From contig OY970340.1 of assembly GCA_963717465.1 (NCBI GenBank), positions 1,696,001-1,760,000 of the forward strand: DNA of 64,000 bases, in the 5' to 3' direction. The position numbers were made by a program, and so were the translations under genes. Positions 18,681-29,511 of the stretch are shown piece after piece (the stretch's first letter is position 1; each line of letters starts with the position of its first letter). Source of the DNA: Candidatus Bathyarchaeota archaeon (GTDB taxonomy: Archaea > Thermoproteota > Bathyarchaeia > Bathyarchaeales > Bathycorpusculaceae). The notes beneath the pieces were generated by a model. The model saw nothing but the letters and a program-made list of their open reading frames with translations. It was not told the origin of the DNA and did no database searches.

Positions 18681-19344
18681 TTGAGGCAGATTTACAAATT
18701 GGGTATTTTTGTGAAATTGCTAGGTCATGCGAGTTTCGAGATAAAAGTTGACGACAAAATTATATACGTTGATCCTTATCAAGGCGAATACAAGAATAAA
18801 GCAGACTTAATACTAGTTTCTCATTCTCATACGGATCATTGCGACTCCTCGAGGATAAATGAAATACTAAAAGACAATACTGTGATTATTGCGCCGGCCG
18901 ATTGCGCCTCTAAGATAGGAAAAAGTGTGAAGTCACTTAAACCTGGAGAAAAAGCTTCGGTTGGCAATATTACCGTGCAGGCTGTAGAAGCCTACAACTA
19001 TAAGAGGTTCAGGTCTCCCAATAGTCCATTTCATCCTAAGGGATTAGGAGTTGGCTATTTGTTAACAGTAGAAGGCAAAACTATCTATCACGCGGGTGAT
19101 ACAGATTTCATTCCAGAGATGAGGAATTTAAAGAACATCTACCTCGCGTTGCCTGCCATGTGACGGAACATTTACGATGGACAGCCCTGAAGTAATAGAA
19201 GCCGTATTAACAATCAATCCGAAATATGTTATCCCAATGCACAGTAGACAGACTGACCTCGAGAAAATCAAAAGAGAAGTCGAGGCAAAATCGAAAATCA
19301 AAGTTGTACTTATCCAACCCGGTGAGCAATTCGAAATAAAGTGA
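18681..19344 (+). CDS. MBL-fold metallo-hydrolase (UPF0173-like); +1 frameshift near 19152
   Basis: GHASF, VDPY, SHSHTDH, YHAGDT; second frame continues LPCDGTFTMD..VIPMH..FEIK to TGA 19344. Confidence 0.9.
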
Positions 19345-19457
19345 TTTAGTGCGCGAAGGAAAGCAATAAAGGGAAATAAAAAAAGAAAAAAGAGAAAGCT
19401 AAAACGATATCTCCAGGCACGTTAAAGCGCTAACTGGTCATGGCCTAAAAACCGCTT

Positions 19458-21158
19458 TTACTCAACCGCCATTGCATCATTTATTTTATTTTCAGGTTCT
19501 TTTCGTTTATTCACGTATTTTTTGTCCCTCAGTGCAGAAAAAATTGCTGCGAAGACGCTCAATATCGCTCCGATTATGAAGGCTTCTCTTAAGGCAACCA
19601 TGAAAGGAGGCGAAATGGCATTCGGGAAAAAGCTTGATCCCGTCAGATAGTCAATCGTTGTCTTAGGTATAGTGCTTAATAATGAAGTGGGAAGGCTCTG
19701 AAGTAGCGCGGCAACGGGATTATAGCCTAGAAACGACGCAAAAAGTGCCGCTGAAGCTGGTGTAGAACTTAAAACTTGTGCGATCGCGGCAGGCGCACCT
19801 GCACTAGTAACTGCTGTTGAAAGTGCGCTTGGAAGGTTAGCGGTTAACGAAACTATGATGATGATGAAAAATAAAGCTTGACTTATCGTCATTGCACTGT
19901 TCTGCAGAGTCGCGCGCATACCAGAAGCAGCGCCTCTATGTTCGGCAGGCACAGAGTTCATTATGGCAGCCATGTTAGGTGAAGCAAAGATGCCGCCGCT
20001 AATTCCACTAATGAAAAGTAATATTGCGAAAGATGCATAGTTGAAATTAGCTGGAAGAAGGGTGAAGCCTAAGAAAGATGCCGCAGAGATTATCATGCCA
20101 ACAGTAGCAAATAATCTAGCGCCATGCTTATCGGAAAGATAGCCGCTAATCGGTCCAGCTATGACAAACCCTATAGACATAGGAATCAAGAATATGCCGC
20201 ACCAGAAGGGCGTTGAATCATAGCTGTATCCGTGAAGAGGAAGCCAAATTCCCTGAAGCAAGATAACGAGCATTATCATAACTCCACCCCTTGCCATTGA
20301 CATAAAAACTGAAGCAAGATTACCTGCGCTGAACGCTCTTATCTTAAATAACTCAAGTCTGAACATTGGTTCAGCAACATGACTTTCAATAAATGGAAAA
20401 GCAATTAGAAGAGCTGCCCCTGACACAAGGGCGGCAATGACCCATGGGCTACCCCAACCCATCGCTGAGTTGCCATACGGTACCAATCCGTATATAACGC
20501 CTGCTAAGATTAATGTTAACCCAGCGCCAAAAGCAATGTTTCCCCAAATATCCAACTTTTGGTTTTTTCTAATAGTGCAACACTCTTTCAGCTTCAAGTA
20601 TGACCAGATTGTGCCCAGCACTCCTATCGGCACACTCACAATGAACACGAGTCGCCAATCATAAACTGCTAGAATTCCCCCGAGAACCAGACCTACTACT
20701 GAACCTGCAAGAAAAGATATTTGGTTTATTCCAAGGGCTTTTCCCCGTTCATTGGCGGGAAACGCGTCTGTTATTATTGCAGCGCTATTAGCGAATAAGA
20801 ATGCGGCGCCGACTCCTTGAATCATCCTAAAAACTATAAGCTCGATAGCTCCAGCGTCGCCCAGACTTGGGGTTATGGAGCAAAGTATTGAACCAACCGT
20901 GAAAATGGCGAACCCCATGTTGTAGAGTTTTACTCGTCCAAACATGTCTGAGAGCCTGCCGAAAGTTACGAGCAACGTGGCAGTAACAATGCTATAGCCG
21001 AAAAGAATCCATAGCATGTACTGGAAGGATGTGAAAGGGTTGATGGCGATTCCTTTGAAAATTGCTGGCAAAGCAATCAGTACAATTGAGCCATCGATTG
21101 AAGCCATCAGAGTGCCAATAGTCGTGTTAGAGAGCGCAATCCATTTATACTCTACCAT
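19458..21158 (-). CDS. MFS transporter, 14-TMS DHA2 (EmrB/QacA) type
   Basis: GRLSDMFGR motif [19 protein letters not shown], many TM segments. Confidence 0.93.
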   Translation of the reverse strand: MVEYKWIALSNTTIGTLMASIDGSIVLIALPAIFKGIAINPFTSFQYMLWILFGYSIVTATLLVTFGRLSDMFGRVKLYNMGFAIFTVGSILCSITPSLGDAGAIELIVFRMIQGVGAAFLFANSAAIITDAFPANERGKALGINQISFLAGSVVGLVLGGILAVYDWRLVFIVSVPIGVLGTIWSYLKLKECCTIRKNQKLDIWGNIAFGAGLTLILAGVIYGLVPYGNSAMGWGSPWVIAALVSGAALLIAFPFIESHVAEPMFRLELFKIRAFSAGNLASVFMSMARGGVMIMLVILLQGIWLPLHGYSYDSTPFWCGIFLIPMSIGFVIAGPISGYLSDKHGARLFATVGMIISAASFLGFTLLPANFNYASFAILLFISGISGGIFASPNMAAIMNSVPAEHRGAASGMRATLQNSAMTISQALFFIIIIVSLTANLPSALSTAVTSAGAPAAIAQVLSSTPASAALFASFLGYNPVAALLQSLPTSLLSTIPKTTIDYLTGSSFFPNAISPPFMVALREAFIIGAILSVFAAIFSALRDKKYVNKRKEPENKINDAMAVE

Positions 21159-21374
21159 GAGTCAACACTAAAATTTGTTTTAATGCGTGTTAAGGCTCAT
21201 AAATACGTTGCTCTACAAAACGTGTAGAAGCTGAACAAAAACAAGCCATATACAAATTAAGTAAATTTCTAAAACATATATCGATTATATGCCTGATATG
21301 CTAGCCCGCGCTATTTATCTTGCTAAAAAACGCACGATATTAGCAGATTTGCCCTTGCTATTCTTGATAATCGC

Positions 21375-21815
21375 TTAGAAGTTATTTACAATGAAATCCC
21401 TAAGCTTCGTATGTTCCCCAAGTAACAAAACTATTCTTTTCGAGATATTAACTATCTTTTCGTCGAATAATCTTGAAGCCATGAGGCAAGCAGTATAAGT
21501 TGAGACGCCTATAACGAGGTCCTGCAAAACGTTTACAGTTCCAAGATGCCAAATGATAACATACGTTATTAACGCACCTAGGACAGACATAATCATTGAC
21601 CTTATAACAAAGTATAGCCTTTGCGTTTGATTGGAAACAGATATCGCTTTCGAAACTTCCTTTTTTATGTTTTCACGTTTTTCCTGCACAGCTGTTTGAG
21701 TTAATCTGCCTACTGCAAACAATTCAGCTTCAACTTGCTTTAGAACATTATCTACAAGTTGAACATTATCAGCAAGTTGACCGTCAACACCTGTTTTAGA
21801 AATCATCCCATCCAA
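21375..21815 (-). CDS. Hypothetical membrane protein (2 TM)
   Basis: 146-aa ORF, N-terminal coiled coil plus two hydrophobic helices. Confidence 0.7.
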   Translation of the reverse strand: MDGMISKTGVDGQLADNVQLVDNVLKQVEAELFAVGRLTQTAVQEKRENIKKEVSKAISVSNQTQRLYFVIRSMIMSVLGALITYVIIWHLGTVNVLQDLVIGVSTYTACLMASRLFDEKIVNISKRIVLLLGEHTKLRDFIVNNF

Positions 21816-22219
21816 ACCCCAAATTGAAAAATGCTAACCATTTTTAGTTACACCTTTCTTCCCTAAATGATAAAGTTAATTATTAAAACTTTTTTCAAAA
21901 TTGAACCCATATTCTACTCTAACTTGCATAAAAATCTCATTAGATAGAAATAACAAATGCAATCATAGCGTCTTATTTGTCACACAACGATTCGATTTAG
22001 CTTAACTTTCCAGCGCACATTGGGCATTCAGTAAGGAGCTTATCTTGCATTACATCAGCTTTTAGGGGTAGGCGCGCTACGTAGAAAGTCGAAAATCGAA
22101 CATTTGCTTGGGAACTCTATTTTTGCCTTTTAGACTCTTCAAATCAGTTAAGTCTATTTCTCAAAAACAATTAAGAGTTAACCTGATAGTATGTATTGAC
22201 GTAAAAAGGAGACATCTAT

Positions 22220-22504
22220 TTGAGCAGGTTTGTAGCGTCTGTCAATATGTTTATCGATGCGTCTGAGAAAGAAGCTGTCTTGGCCGAGCTTTCTAAAATC
22301 CCTTCAATGGAAGAAATTTATGAGGTTGCAGGTGAGTACGATATAGTTTCTCTCGTTTCTACTTCAAGCGTAGAAGAGTTCCGAGATTTGCTACATAAGA
22401 AAATACTCAAAATCAAAGGAATAAAAAGCACTGTAATATCAGTAATTCTTAAGCTAAATAATAAATCAAGTTTTCCTGAAAAAAGAATATTATTGAACAC
22501 TTAA
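22220..22504 (+). CDS. Lrp/AsnC ligand-binding (RAM) domain protein without HTH
   Basis: EIYEVAGEYDIV..KIKGIKST; AGGAG RBS. Confidence 0.88.
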   Translation: MSRFVASVNMFIDASEKEAVLAELSKIPSMEEIYEVAGEYDIVSLVSTSSVEEFRDLLHKKILKIKGIKSTVISVILKLNNKSSFPEKRILLNT

Positions 22505-22677
22505 AAAATCACTATTCTTTTACTCAATACATCTAATTGATTGTTTTAATGACTCAAGGGTTTTCTTAGCTGTCAGATTATTCTCGATGTACACCGCTTT
22601 CTTCCAATCGCATAATCCTTAAGTGCGGCAGAACTGGGGAGTGACAGGTTTATACTTGGCTTCAATCGATTTCGGTA

Positions 22678-23754
22678 TTAATGAATTAATTTTAGGTAAA
22701 ATTTTGGGTTAGACAGTAATTCTTCTTTGGCAGCGTTAACAATTGTCTGCTTGGAAGCCAAAGAGCTTTCTTTGAAACAATTAATCAAACAATTTTTATT
22801 GTCACACGCAGAATTATCGGAAACAATCTTGCTCAAATCCTGTCTTTCTTTGAGATTGAACAACTTTTGTCGCTTGAAACATGTGAACACATCCAAATTG
22901 CAGTCAATTATAAGCGAAATTTCGCCAGCTTTACAGGGATACCGCATTGGCAAATTATCATGAGCTCTCAATACATCTCTCATGTATCCTGAAACAGTAG
23001 CGACATCTGAACCGTCAAGTTTCATTTGCAGAACTTTAGCCACCATATTTCTCACTTGAAGGCGAGTTTGATTTTGCAAGGAATTCATGTTTCCGCCGAC
23101 GACAAATGTGCTGTAGTTAGAAGATATATAGGGGTAAGATAATGCGAAAGAAATGCCTAATTCTTCATTTACGTATCTGACAACATTTTCTACGTCATTA
23201 ACTGTCCACGATGGATTAAGAAAAGTAATTGCATACAGTTTTATTCCTAATTCTTTAGCGGTTTTAATTACTTCTTTAGCTTTACTTGAAATTCCAGGGA
23301 TACATTTTGTTTCATCCCAGGTGTGTTCGTTGTAATGATCCACAGAAATTGATAAAACATCTAAACTATACCGAAGTGTTTTCAGTGTAGATTTAGAAAT
23401 AGTGCCGTTTGTTGTTATTGAAGTTATTAAGCCTTTATCTTTCGCGTATTTAGTCACTTCGATTAAGTGTGGATATAGTGCGGTCTCACCGCCCGTGAAG
23501 TAAATAATAGAAAAATGGTTTTTTGCCAGAACATCTATAGCAAACTTGGCATTTTCCAATGGCAAATCAAAAGGTTTGGATGACCAGATATTGCATCTAT
23601 CTGTGCACTTAGCGTTGCATCGTGTCGTCACCTGGACAAAGGCGAATTTTACTTCACCTTTGTTTTTTACAAAATCAGATAGAATTGTGTTTAAAGTTCG
23701 TAAATTTAAATTTCTTCTTTCTTGATTGATGCTTTTCAGCCTTCTATTCTCCAA
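22678..23754 (-). CDS. Radical SAM protein with C-terminal Twitch/SPASM-like Cys cluster
   Basis: TTRCNAKCTDRC (CX3CX3C), FTGGE, TTNG, SISVD, CKAG..C..C..C..C. Confidence 0.88.
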   Translation of the reverse strand: MENRRLKSINQERRNLNLRTLNTILSDFVKNKGEVKFAFVQVTTRCNAKCTDRCNIWSSKPFDLPLENAKFAIDVLAKNHFSIIYFTGGETALYPHLIEVTKYAKDKGLITSITTNGTISKSTLKTLRYSLDVLSISVDHYNEHTWDETKCIPGISSKAKEVIKTAKELGIKLYAITFLNPSWTVNDVENVVRYVNEELGISFALSYPYISSNYSTFVVGGNMNSLQNQTRLQVRNMVAKVLQMKLDGSDVATVSGYMRDVLRAHDNLPMRYPCKAGEISLIIDCNLDVFTCFKRQKLFNLKERQDLSKIVSDNSACDNKNCLINCFKESSLASKQTIVNAAKEELLSNPKFYLKLIH

Positions 23755-23830
23755 TTATTCTGCACGCATACTTAGATATCCAGAATCTACTATGAACACT
23801 GAATATTTGAAAAAAGAAAATGATGCAGAG

Positions 23831-23872
23831 ATATAAACATATCAAGCGTGCGCTTATATCAAGCGTGCGCTT
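23831..23872 (-). promoter_or_regulatory. TATA box plus tandem 17-bp repeats, each containing palindrome AAGCG-N2-CGCTT, upstream of the radical SAM gene
   Basis: ATATCAAGCGTGCGCTT x2 at 23839-23855 and 23856-23872; TTTATAT on minus strand at 23831-23837. Confidence 0.55.
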
Positions 23873-24182
23873 AGTCGTTCCTAAATTTGGTTCAAAAATG
23901 GTTTTATTAGGTGACTTTAGGTATCCGGGGACAATTTCGCGAAGAGGTTTCAGTTGAGTCCTGCTATGTATTCGCTCATGGCTTTTCAGTTGCTCTAAAG
24001 CCAGTCTAGATTTAAGGTTAACGGTAAATAGCCGTCAAAGAAAAGACTTTTTCACACAATCTCAAAAAGCATGCGCGCTTGGGTGTGTCCTTCGAACCCT
24101 TGCTTCAGAGGGCTGAATATCCAATTTGATTGTCTGTTGGGTGGCGGGTTGCGATTGAGGAAAAAGATTAGTGGCTTTTTAG

Positions 24183-24300
24183 TTAACCGCTTTTCAATGT
24201 GGCTACGGCTCTGCCGTCAACGATTAATTTTGCTCCGTTAACGTAGAATGCATCTTTACTCATTAAAAGATACGATTTTAGCCAATTCTTCTGGTTGCCT
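24183..24300 (-). pseudogene. C-terminal fragment of an SDR-family oxidoreductase
   Basis: QPEELAKIVSF / LMSKDAFYVNGAKLIVDGRAV resembles the SDR PEE.A..V.FL.S..A.YVNG..L.VDGG motif; no upstream Rossmann part. Confidence 0.55.
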
Positions 24301-24865
24301 GGTCGATGCTAAATTACATTTCTAACAATGTATCCATAAATTCGCCTTGGTTGGGAACAGCGCTATCTTCGCAGAGCTCCCCAACTCTGGATTCACTGGA
24401 TCTTGAGGCTCAATTATGGCTCCAGAAGCGCCAGATTAGCTGGGGTTTGTCCTAGCCTTTCTAAAACCGGTGTGGTAGATATACCCTAACTAAGAGAGGC
24501 TGCCATATAGCTCTGTGAGCGGTTCTCGATAAGCGTGAGCTGTGTGTCACGCAAATTGTATGGACGTTTCTGCAACAATTTCCTTAAGCATAAAGCCGTC
24601 TTCTTCGAGCTTTAGCTCAAAGAGGCGTTTTTCAAGCAGATTCTTGTCCAAAAAAATCACATTTAGTGCACTTTTTGCGAATTTTAATACTAACCATTAG
24701 AATTCGTGGGAAACTCTCCTAACGGCTACAAAGCACAGGAGAGCACCTTGGATCTTTAGGCTTAAGTTTCTCATCGTTTGACAGCCAAGTGATGCCTTGT
24801 CAATGACGTGAGCTGAGCAGGGCTGAGATTTCAAAATCCTTGCTGACTGAGAACGCACATGCAAA

Positions 24866-24940
24866 TGGACCGGGCGGGATTTGAACCCGCGGCTTCCGCG
24901 TTGCGAACGCGGCGATCATACCGGGCTGATCTACCGGCCC
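24866..24940 (-). tRNA. tRNA-Ala (anticodon CGC), intronless, CCA not encoded
   Basis: Reverse complement GGGCCGGTAGATCAGCCCGGTATGATCGCCGCGTTCGCAACGCGGAAGCCGCGGGTTCAAATCCCGCCCGGTCCA folds as a cloverleaf with G3:U70 and GGTTCAAATCC T-arm. Confidence 0.97.
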
Positions 24941-25004
24941 AGCTAAACAAGTACTTCTAAAATGGACTTTTAGCTAAGGCATTTAGAGGTTTCGGTTATA
25001 CCGC

Positions 25005-25181
25005 TTACTCTTCACCGAATCCGTGCTCTACTCTGCCATGCGTTTTGCGATAAGAAAATTCGTGTGCTCCTTTCTCATCACCAAAGCAGTTTACGTGTTT
25101 CTGTAAATCAGCTTTTGTTAAGAAAATGCACATGCAATGGGGGCACTTGTAGTACTGGTTGTTGTTTGCTTCTTCACCCAT
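25005..25181 (-). CDS. Small C2H2/C2HC-type zinc-finger protein (58 aa; absent from ORF track)
   Basis: MGEEANNNQYYKCPHCMCIFLTKADLQKHVNCFGDEKGAHEFSYRKTHGRVEHGFGEE; Y-x-C-x2-C-x3-F-x5-L-x2-H pattern; AAGGAG upstream. Confidence 0.8.
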   Translation of the reverse strand: MGEEANNNQYYKCPHCMCIFLTKADLQKHVNCFGDEKGAHEFSYRKTHGRVEHGFGEE

Positions 25182-25307
25182 TCTCCTTTCGCCTTGGGGA
25201 GACTTTATTGAAGGCTAGCTTAAAGATGTTTAGGGGATGTTTTATGGGCAAATAAATTTGGGTTTGTTAAAAAAAATTTCGAAGCGGTATGCATTTTTTT
25301 ATGCTTG

Positions 25308-26603
25308 TTATGTTTTAGCGACTGTTTTGTTTAGTTCGATTACGCTGAATTCCTGATTTTTCGATTGGGCGAGCTTTTCATATATTTGCAGTGTCTGGTC
25401 AGCAGCTTCCCTCCAAGTGAAATATTGGAATACTCTTTTTCTTCCGTTTTCTCCCCATTTTTTAGCGCGATCGAAATCTGCGAGTGTTTCCTTTATGCCC
25501 CATGCAATATCCATTGGGTTTCCTCCGTTGACGTGGATGCCGTTTTGGTCAGGTCCAGAAGGCACAACCTGTTCTCTAAAACCCACAACGCCCTTTGCTC
25601 CAACTATTATTGGTTTAGCCATCGACATCGCTTCGAGACTTACGATTCCGAAAGGCTCGTACGTGGATGGAAAGATGCAAATATCTGCGGCTGCGTAATG
25701 TAGAATGCGTTCTTTTTCGGAGATAAACTCGAATCTGCATAAGACTTTATCTTTTACACCGAGCCTGTTTGCCAACTCGATTACGTCATTTTGCTGTTCC
25801 CCTTTTCCTAGTATAACAAGTTTGGTGTTCGGGTAGTCTGCGAGTACTGAGGGCATTGCTTGAACTAGATTTATCACGCCTTTAACCCATGTTAATCTAC
25901 CAATAAACAAGATCATTTTATCTTCTGGCTTTATGCCATATCTTTGGCGTATAGCCTCTGTCTCTTCATGCTTCGCTATTTTCGGATTGTATTTGTTTGG
26001 GTCTACACCATTCCATACGACGCTTATTTTTGGTTTTGACCAGCCGTGCTTCACCAAGTCTTCTTGCATTGCGTAACTTACTGTTAATATCCTGTCTACT
26101 TTTTCGGCTGATGCATATTCAAAATGTGACACTACCTCTGAGCCAGGTCCCCCAGCTCTTCCCCATTCTGTACTGTGAACGTGGAATGCAACGGGAATTT
26201 TTGTTTCATTCTTAATCATCAAGCCAGCCATGCTGCTTAACCAGTCGTGCACACATACAACGTCGAAGTTGCAGCTCTCCTTTTTTATCATGCTGTTTAT
26301 GAATTTCGTTGCGCTTAACACGTTGTAAATGAATATGTCATTAAACAAGCTGATGTTTGTTCCCCATTTTTTCAAATCCTCAGTGACGAACATCGGAAAA
26401 ATGTTGCTTGCGTTCGCCACGAGGGGTCGATGCACTTCAACTCCTTTAACAATTTCCCTGGTTTTCAAGTTTCCAGGATTTAGCGTAAAAACCGTAACAT
26501 CATGACCCATTGCTACATATTCGCGTGTTATGTATTCTGCATATGTTCCCAGTCCTCCAACTAAGGCAGGTGGGTATTCCCAGACGAAGAAACCTATTCT
26601 CAT
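25308..26603 (-). CDS. Glycosyltransferase family 4 (glycogen synthase-like)
   Basis: WEYPP..GGLG, HDW, GRL..VKG, EPFGIVSLEAM. Confidence 0.93.
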   Translation of the reverse strand: MRIGFFVWEYPPALVGGLGTYAEYITREYVAMGHDVTVFTLNPGNLKTREIVKGVEVHRPLVANASNIFPMFVTEDLKKWGTNISLFNDIFIYNVLSATKFINSMIKKESCNFDVVCVHDWLSSMAGLMIKNETKIPVAFHVHSTEWGRAGGPGSEVVSHFEYASAEKVDRILTVSYAMQEDLVKHGWSKPKISVVWNGVDPNKYNPKIAKHEETEAIRQRYGIKPEDKMILFIGRLTWVKGVINLVQAMPSVLADYPNTKLVILGKGEQQNDVIELANRLGVKDKVLCRFEFISEKERILHYAAADICIFPSTYEPFGIVSLEAMSMAKPIIVGAKGVVGFREQVVPSGPDQNGIHVNGGNPMDIAWGIKETLADFDRAKKWGENGRKRVFQYFTWREAADQTLQIYEKLAQSKNQEFSVIELNKTVAKT

Positions 26604-26826
26604 TTTTAAACACTCTTGAAGTTTTTCACAGGAGTTCTATTGAGTTGACCCTTGTGTTGTTGATATAGGCTGTCTAAAATGAATAAATCAGTTATGAATT
26701 GCCAATTTGAATTGAGATTAACTATATGTGTGCTAAGAACTTTGACTTGAAAACGAAGCATGTTTATTACTTAAATTACTTTTAGCCTTAACTGAATCGT
26801 TTTAGTACACGATACCTGCTGTTAAT

Positions 26827-27033
26827 CTAAGTTTTCCTTAACCCGCAACGCAAGCTTTCTCTTTTTCTTTCAGTTTCAATCTGATACTTCAGACACTCAT
26901 ATGGATAGAACCACCCGCGTGAAAGCTTCCTGTAAGAGGACTGACTTATAGGTGCAGCTTGCTTAGCTGAATAATCGATTATTGCGATGTTCTGTTCTTC
27001 TACGGCGTTTGCGTTTTCTTGACTTTTCTTCAT
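26827..27033 (-). CDS. Small hypothetical protein
   Basis: 68-aa ATG ORF in an otherwise empty interval; no motif. Confidence 0.5.
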   Translation of the reverse strand: MKKSQENANAVEEQNIAIIDYSAKQAAPISQSSYRKLSRGWFYPYECLKYQIETERKRESLRCGLRKT

Positions 27034-27430
27034 GGGAACACTTTGAAACTTTAGTGAATATTACGATACGCTATAAACCTTGTAATCTGCCCTATAAACG
27101 TTCTGAACAGCAAATATTTATTCGCTATACTTACAGTAGCGGCAAGGTCGAATAAATTACTCCTTTGAGGTAATAAACAGCGTCCAAAATGGATTTTCGT
27201 CGTTTTAAAAATGTTGAACAGGAAAAATGTTACAGTCATAAAGCATCGACAAGGGAGACTATGCGCGTTATTAATGTGAAATATTAACAGAACGCTTGTC
27301 TGTTTATCGGTGCCGCCCTTTCGTGTGCCAAAAGGGCATGCAAAAAAGCAGTTGATATTTTATTGCATGGAATCTTGATAAAAAATTGTTTATTAAACGA
27401 ATGCAAGTATGAAAGTAAAAAGGGAAAGAT

Positions 27431-28312
27431 TTGTCGCGTATGCAGTTTAACCAAAAAAGCAAAGCTGTCTTTTACACTATCTTAGCTGGGGTTTTATGGG
27501 GCACTTCTTTTCCAGTAATAAAAATAGGTTTAATCTACACTGACCCATTTGCGTTTCTTTTTTGGCGCTTCTTAGTTTCTTCTGTGACTCTTTTGGTTGT
27601 CATGCTCGTGCTGGGAAAATTGTCGTTCAAAATATCAGACAAGAAGTTGCTTGTTTTTTTGGGCATCGCAAACGGCATCGGTTATGTGTTGCAGTACGTG
27701 GGAATGAATTATGCGACGGCGGCTCAGGCAGCCCTTTTCATAAACCTCAGCGCCATGTGGGTTGCTATTTTAAGTCCTAAACTGTTGGGTGAGAGCTTTT
27801 CCCGCAAAAAAGTCATCGGCGTGCTGTTGGGTTTAGCTGGAGTTGTGTTTGTGAGCACTAATTTGGATCTTGCAAGCTTTGGTGCAATTCAGTTCTGGGG
27901 TGATTCCCTGCTTATTATTTCAGGTGTTACGTGGGCACTTTTCATGATCTACAACAAAAAGTTTGTTAGGGATTCAACGTCAGCTACTTTCCAGTCTATG
28001 ACTTGGGTGCTTTTATTTACATTATTTTCCATTGTTCCTTTTACAATTTTATCCGGACCAAAATTGTTTGTTATTTCAGGTTCAGCTTGGTTTGGAATTT
28101 TATGGACTGCGATTGTTTGCTGGGTTATACCGTACTATCTTTGGCTTGAGGGACTTAAGCATCTTTCCGCTTCCACTTCAACGGTTCTTCTTTTGTCAGA
28201 GATTGTTGTTGCTGTGATAATATCAGTAATTGCGCTCAAGGAGCCCATCACTTTTGTCTCAACCATTGGAGCGCTCTTCATATTAATCGCACTAGTACTT
28301 GTATCCAAATGA
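27431..28312 (+). CDS. DMT/EamA family transporter
   Basis: LWGTSF..IK, two EamA repeats, 10 TM. Confidence 0.92.
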   Translation: MSRMQFNQKSKAVFYTILAGVLWGTSFPVIKIGLIYTDPFAFLFWRFLVSSVTLLVVMLVLGKLSFKISDKKLLVFLGIANGIGYVLQYVGMNYATAAQAALFINLSAMWVAILSPKLLGESFSRKKVIGVLLGLAGVVFVSTNLDLASFGAIQFWGDSLLIISGVTWALFMIYNKKFVRDSTSATFQSMTWVLLFTLFSIVPFTILSGPKLFVISGSAWFGILWTAIVCWVIPYYLWLEGLKHLSASTSTVLLLSEIVVAVIISVIALKEPITFVSTIGALFILIALVLVSK

Positions 28313-28450
28313 GCAGTTCATAATTCTTTTATGTATTCGAAATGCTTTCATTCATTCTTAGCTCCCCTAAGAGGATTGGACTTTTTCTGGGAAAAGAAAA
28401 TAGCTGTAAATTTCAGGTTCATCGATGCCATGAACGAGAAGGAAAAATGA

Positions 28451-29511
28451 TTATTTATTCTTTGAACGAAGCTCTTTTGCTAAACTATCAATTATCTCTA
28501 TTGCTTTGTCAATATCCGCCTTTTCTATGCCGCGATGCGTAACCAATCGCACTCTGTTCTTGGTAATAGTCGAGGTTAAAACACCGTTCTCTTTGAGCTT
28601 TTGAACGAAGGCATCAGCTGAGATGCCTAAATCGGTTATGTCGACAGGAACCATGTTTGTTTGAACAGCCGGCAGATCAACTTGGAAACCGCCAATCTTT
28701 ATGATTCCTTCTGCTAAGTGGTGAGCGTTTTTATGATCTTCTTCTAATCTGTCGATCATTGTTTCAAGGGCGACAATTCCGGGTGCAGCAATTATTCCAG
28801 CTTGGCGCATTCCGCCGCCTAAGATTTTCCTGTTTTTTCGGGCTCTTTGGATGAAGTCTTTGGAGCCAACAACGAGGGAGCCAACCGGGAGCTTAAGCCT
28901 TTGGATAGGCAGAACATCATGTTGTCCACATGCTTTGTGAATTCTTTTACATCAACCTTTAAGGCGACAGCAGCGTTGAATATTCGGGCGCCGTCTAAGT
29001 AAAATGTTAAATTATGTTTTTTCGTGACTTCGCTTATAGCTCGCATTTGGTCTGGACTTACGATTGTTCCCCCATATCGGTTATGAGTATTTTCAATGCA
29101 GACTAAAGCGGGTTCTGGAAAATGGATATTTTGCGGTCGTATCGCTGCTTCTATGTCGTCTGGATTGATTGCTCCCCAGTGGCCTTTGATGCGCCAGGGT
29201 ACTAATCCAGCAATTGCAGATATTGCGCCTACCTCATACCAGTAAATATGAGCCTCTTCTTCCAAAAAGACCAAGCTTCCCCGCTTAGCATTGGTCATTG
29301 AAGCAACCAAGTTTGCTTGCGTTCCACTTGTGACTAGAAGAGCTGCTTCTTTGCCCATTTTCTTAGCTGCGATTTCCTCAAGCTTGTTAACTGTCGGATC
29401 TTCCCCGTAAACGTCATCGCCCAGTTTAGCATGACGAATTTCCTCGAGCATTTCTTCTGTTGGCAAAGTGACCGTGTCACTTCGTAAATCGATTACTTCT
29501 TTGCTTGCCAT
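28451..29511 (-). CDS. ltaE: Low-specificity L-threonine aldolase; frameshift near 28888
   Basis: IDLRSDTVT, GDDVYGEDPT, SGTQAN, ENTHN, DGARIFNA, CLSKGL / PVGS..GGGMRQAG..RLVTH. Confidence 0.93.

Noticed and set aside
21275..21291. CATATA-N5-TATATG dyad upstream of the MFS gene
   Set aside because: Low-complexity AT-rich dyad, expected by chance.
24810..24855. GGCTGAGA-containing hairpin as TPP riboswitch
   Set aside because: Lacks the downstream conserved core and is not upstream of a thiamine-related gene.
24859..24960. Short plus-strand frame MQMDRAGFEPAASALRTRRS as N-terminal fragment of an SSV-type split integrase
   Set aside because: This is the usual antisense reading of a tRNA; no integrase C-terminal fragment follows the 14444 or 13176 repeats.
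25064..25255. Cys-rich 63-aa plus-strand ORF
   Set aside because: Antisense shadow of the minus-strand zinc-finger ORF at 25005-25181.
27315..27340. GCCCTTT..AAAGGGC stem upstream of the DMT gene as a riboswitch
   Set aside because: Single short stem with no recognisable aptamer consensus.
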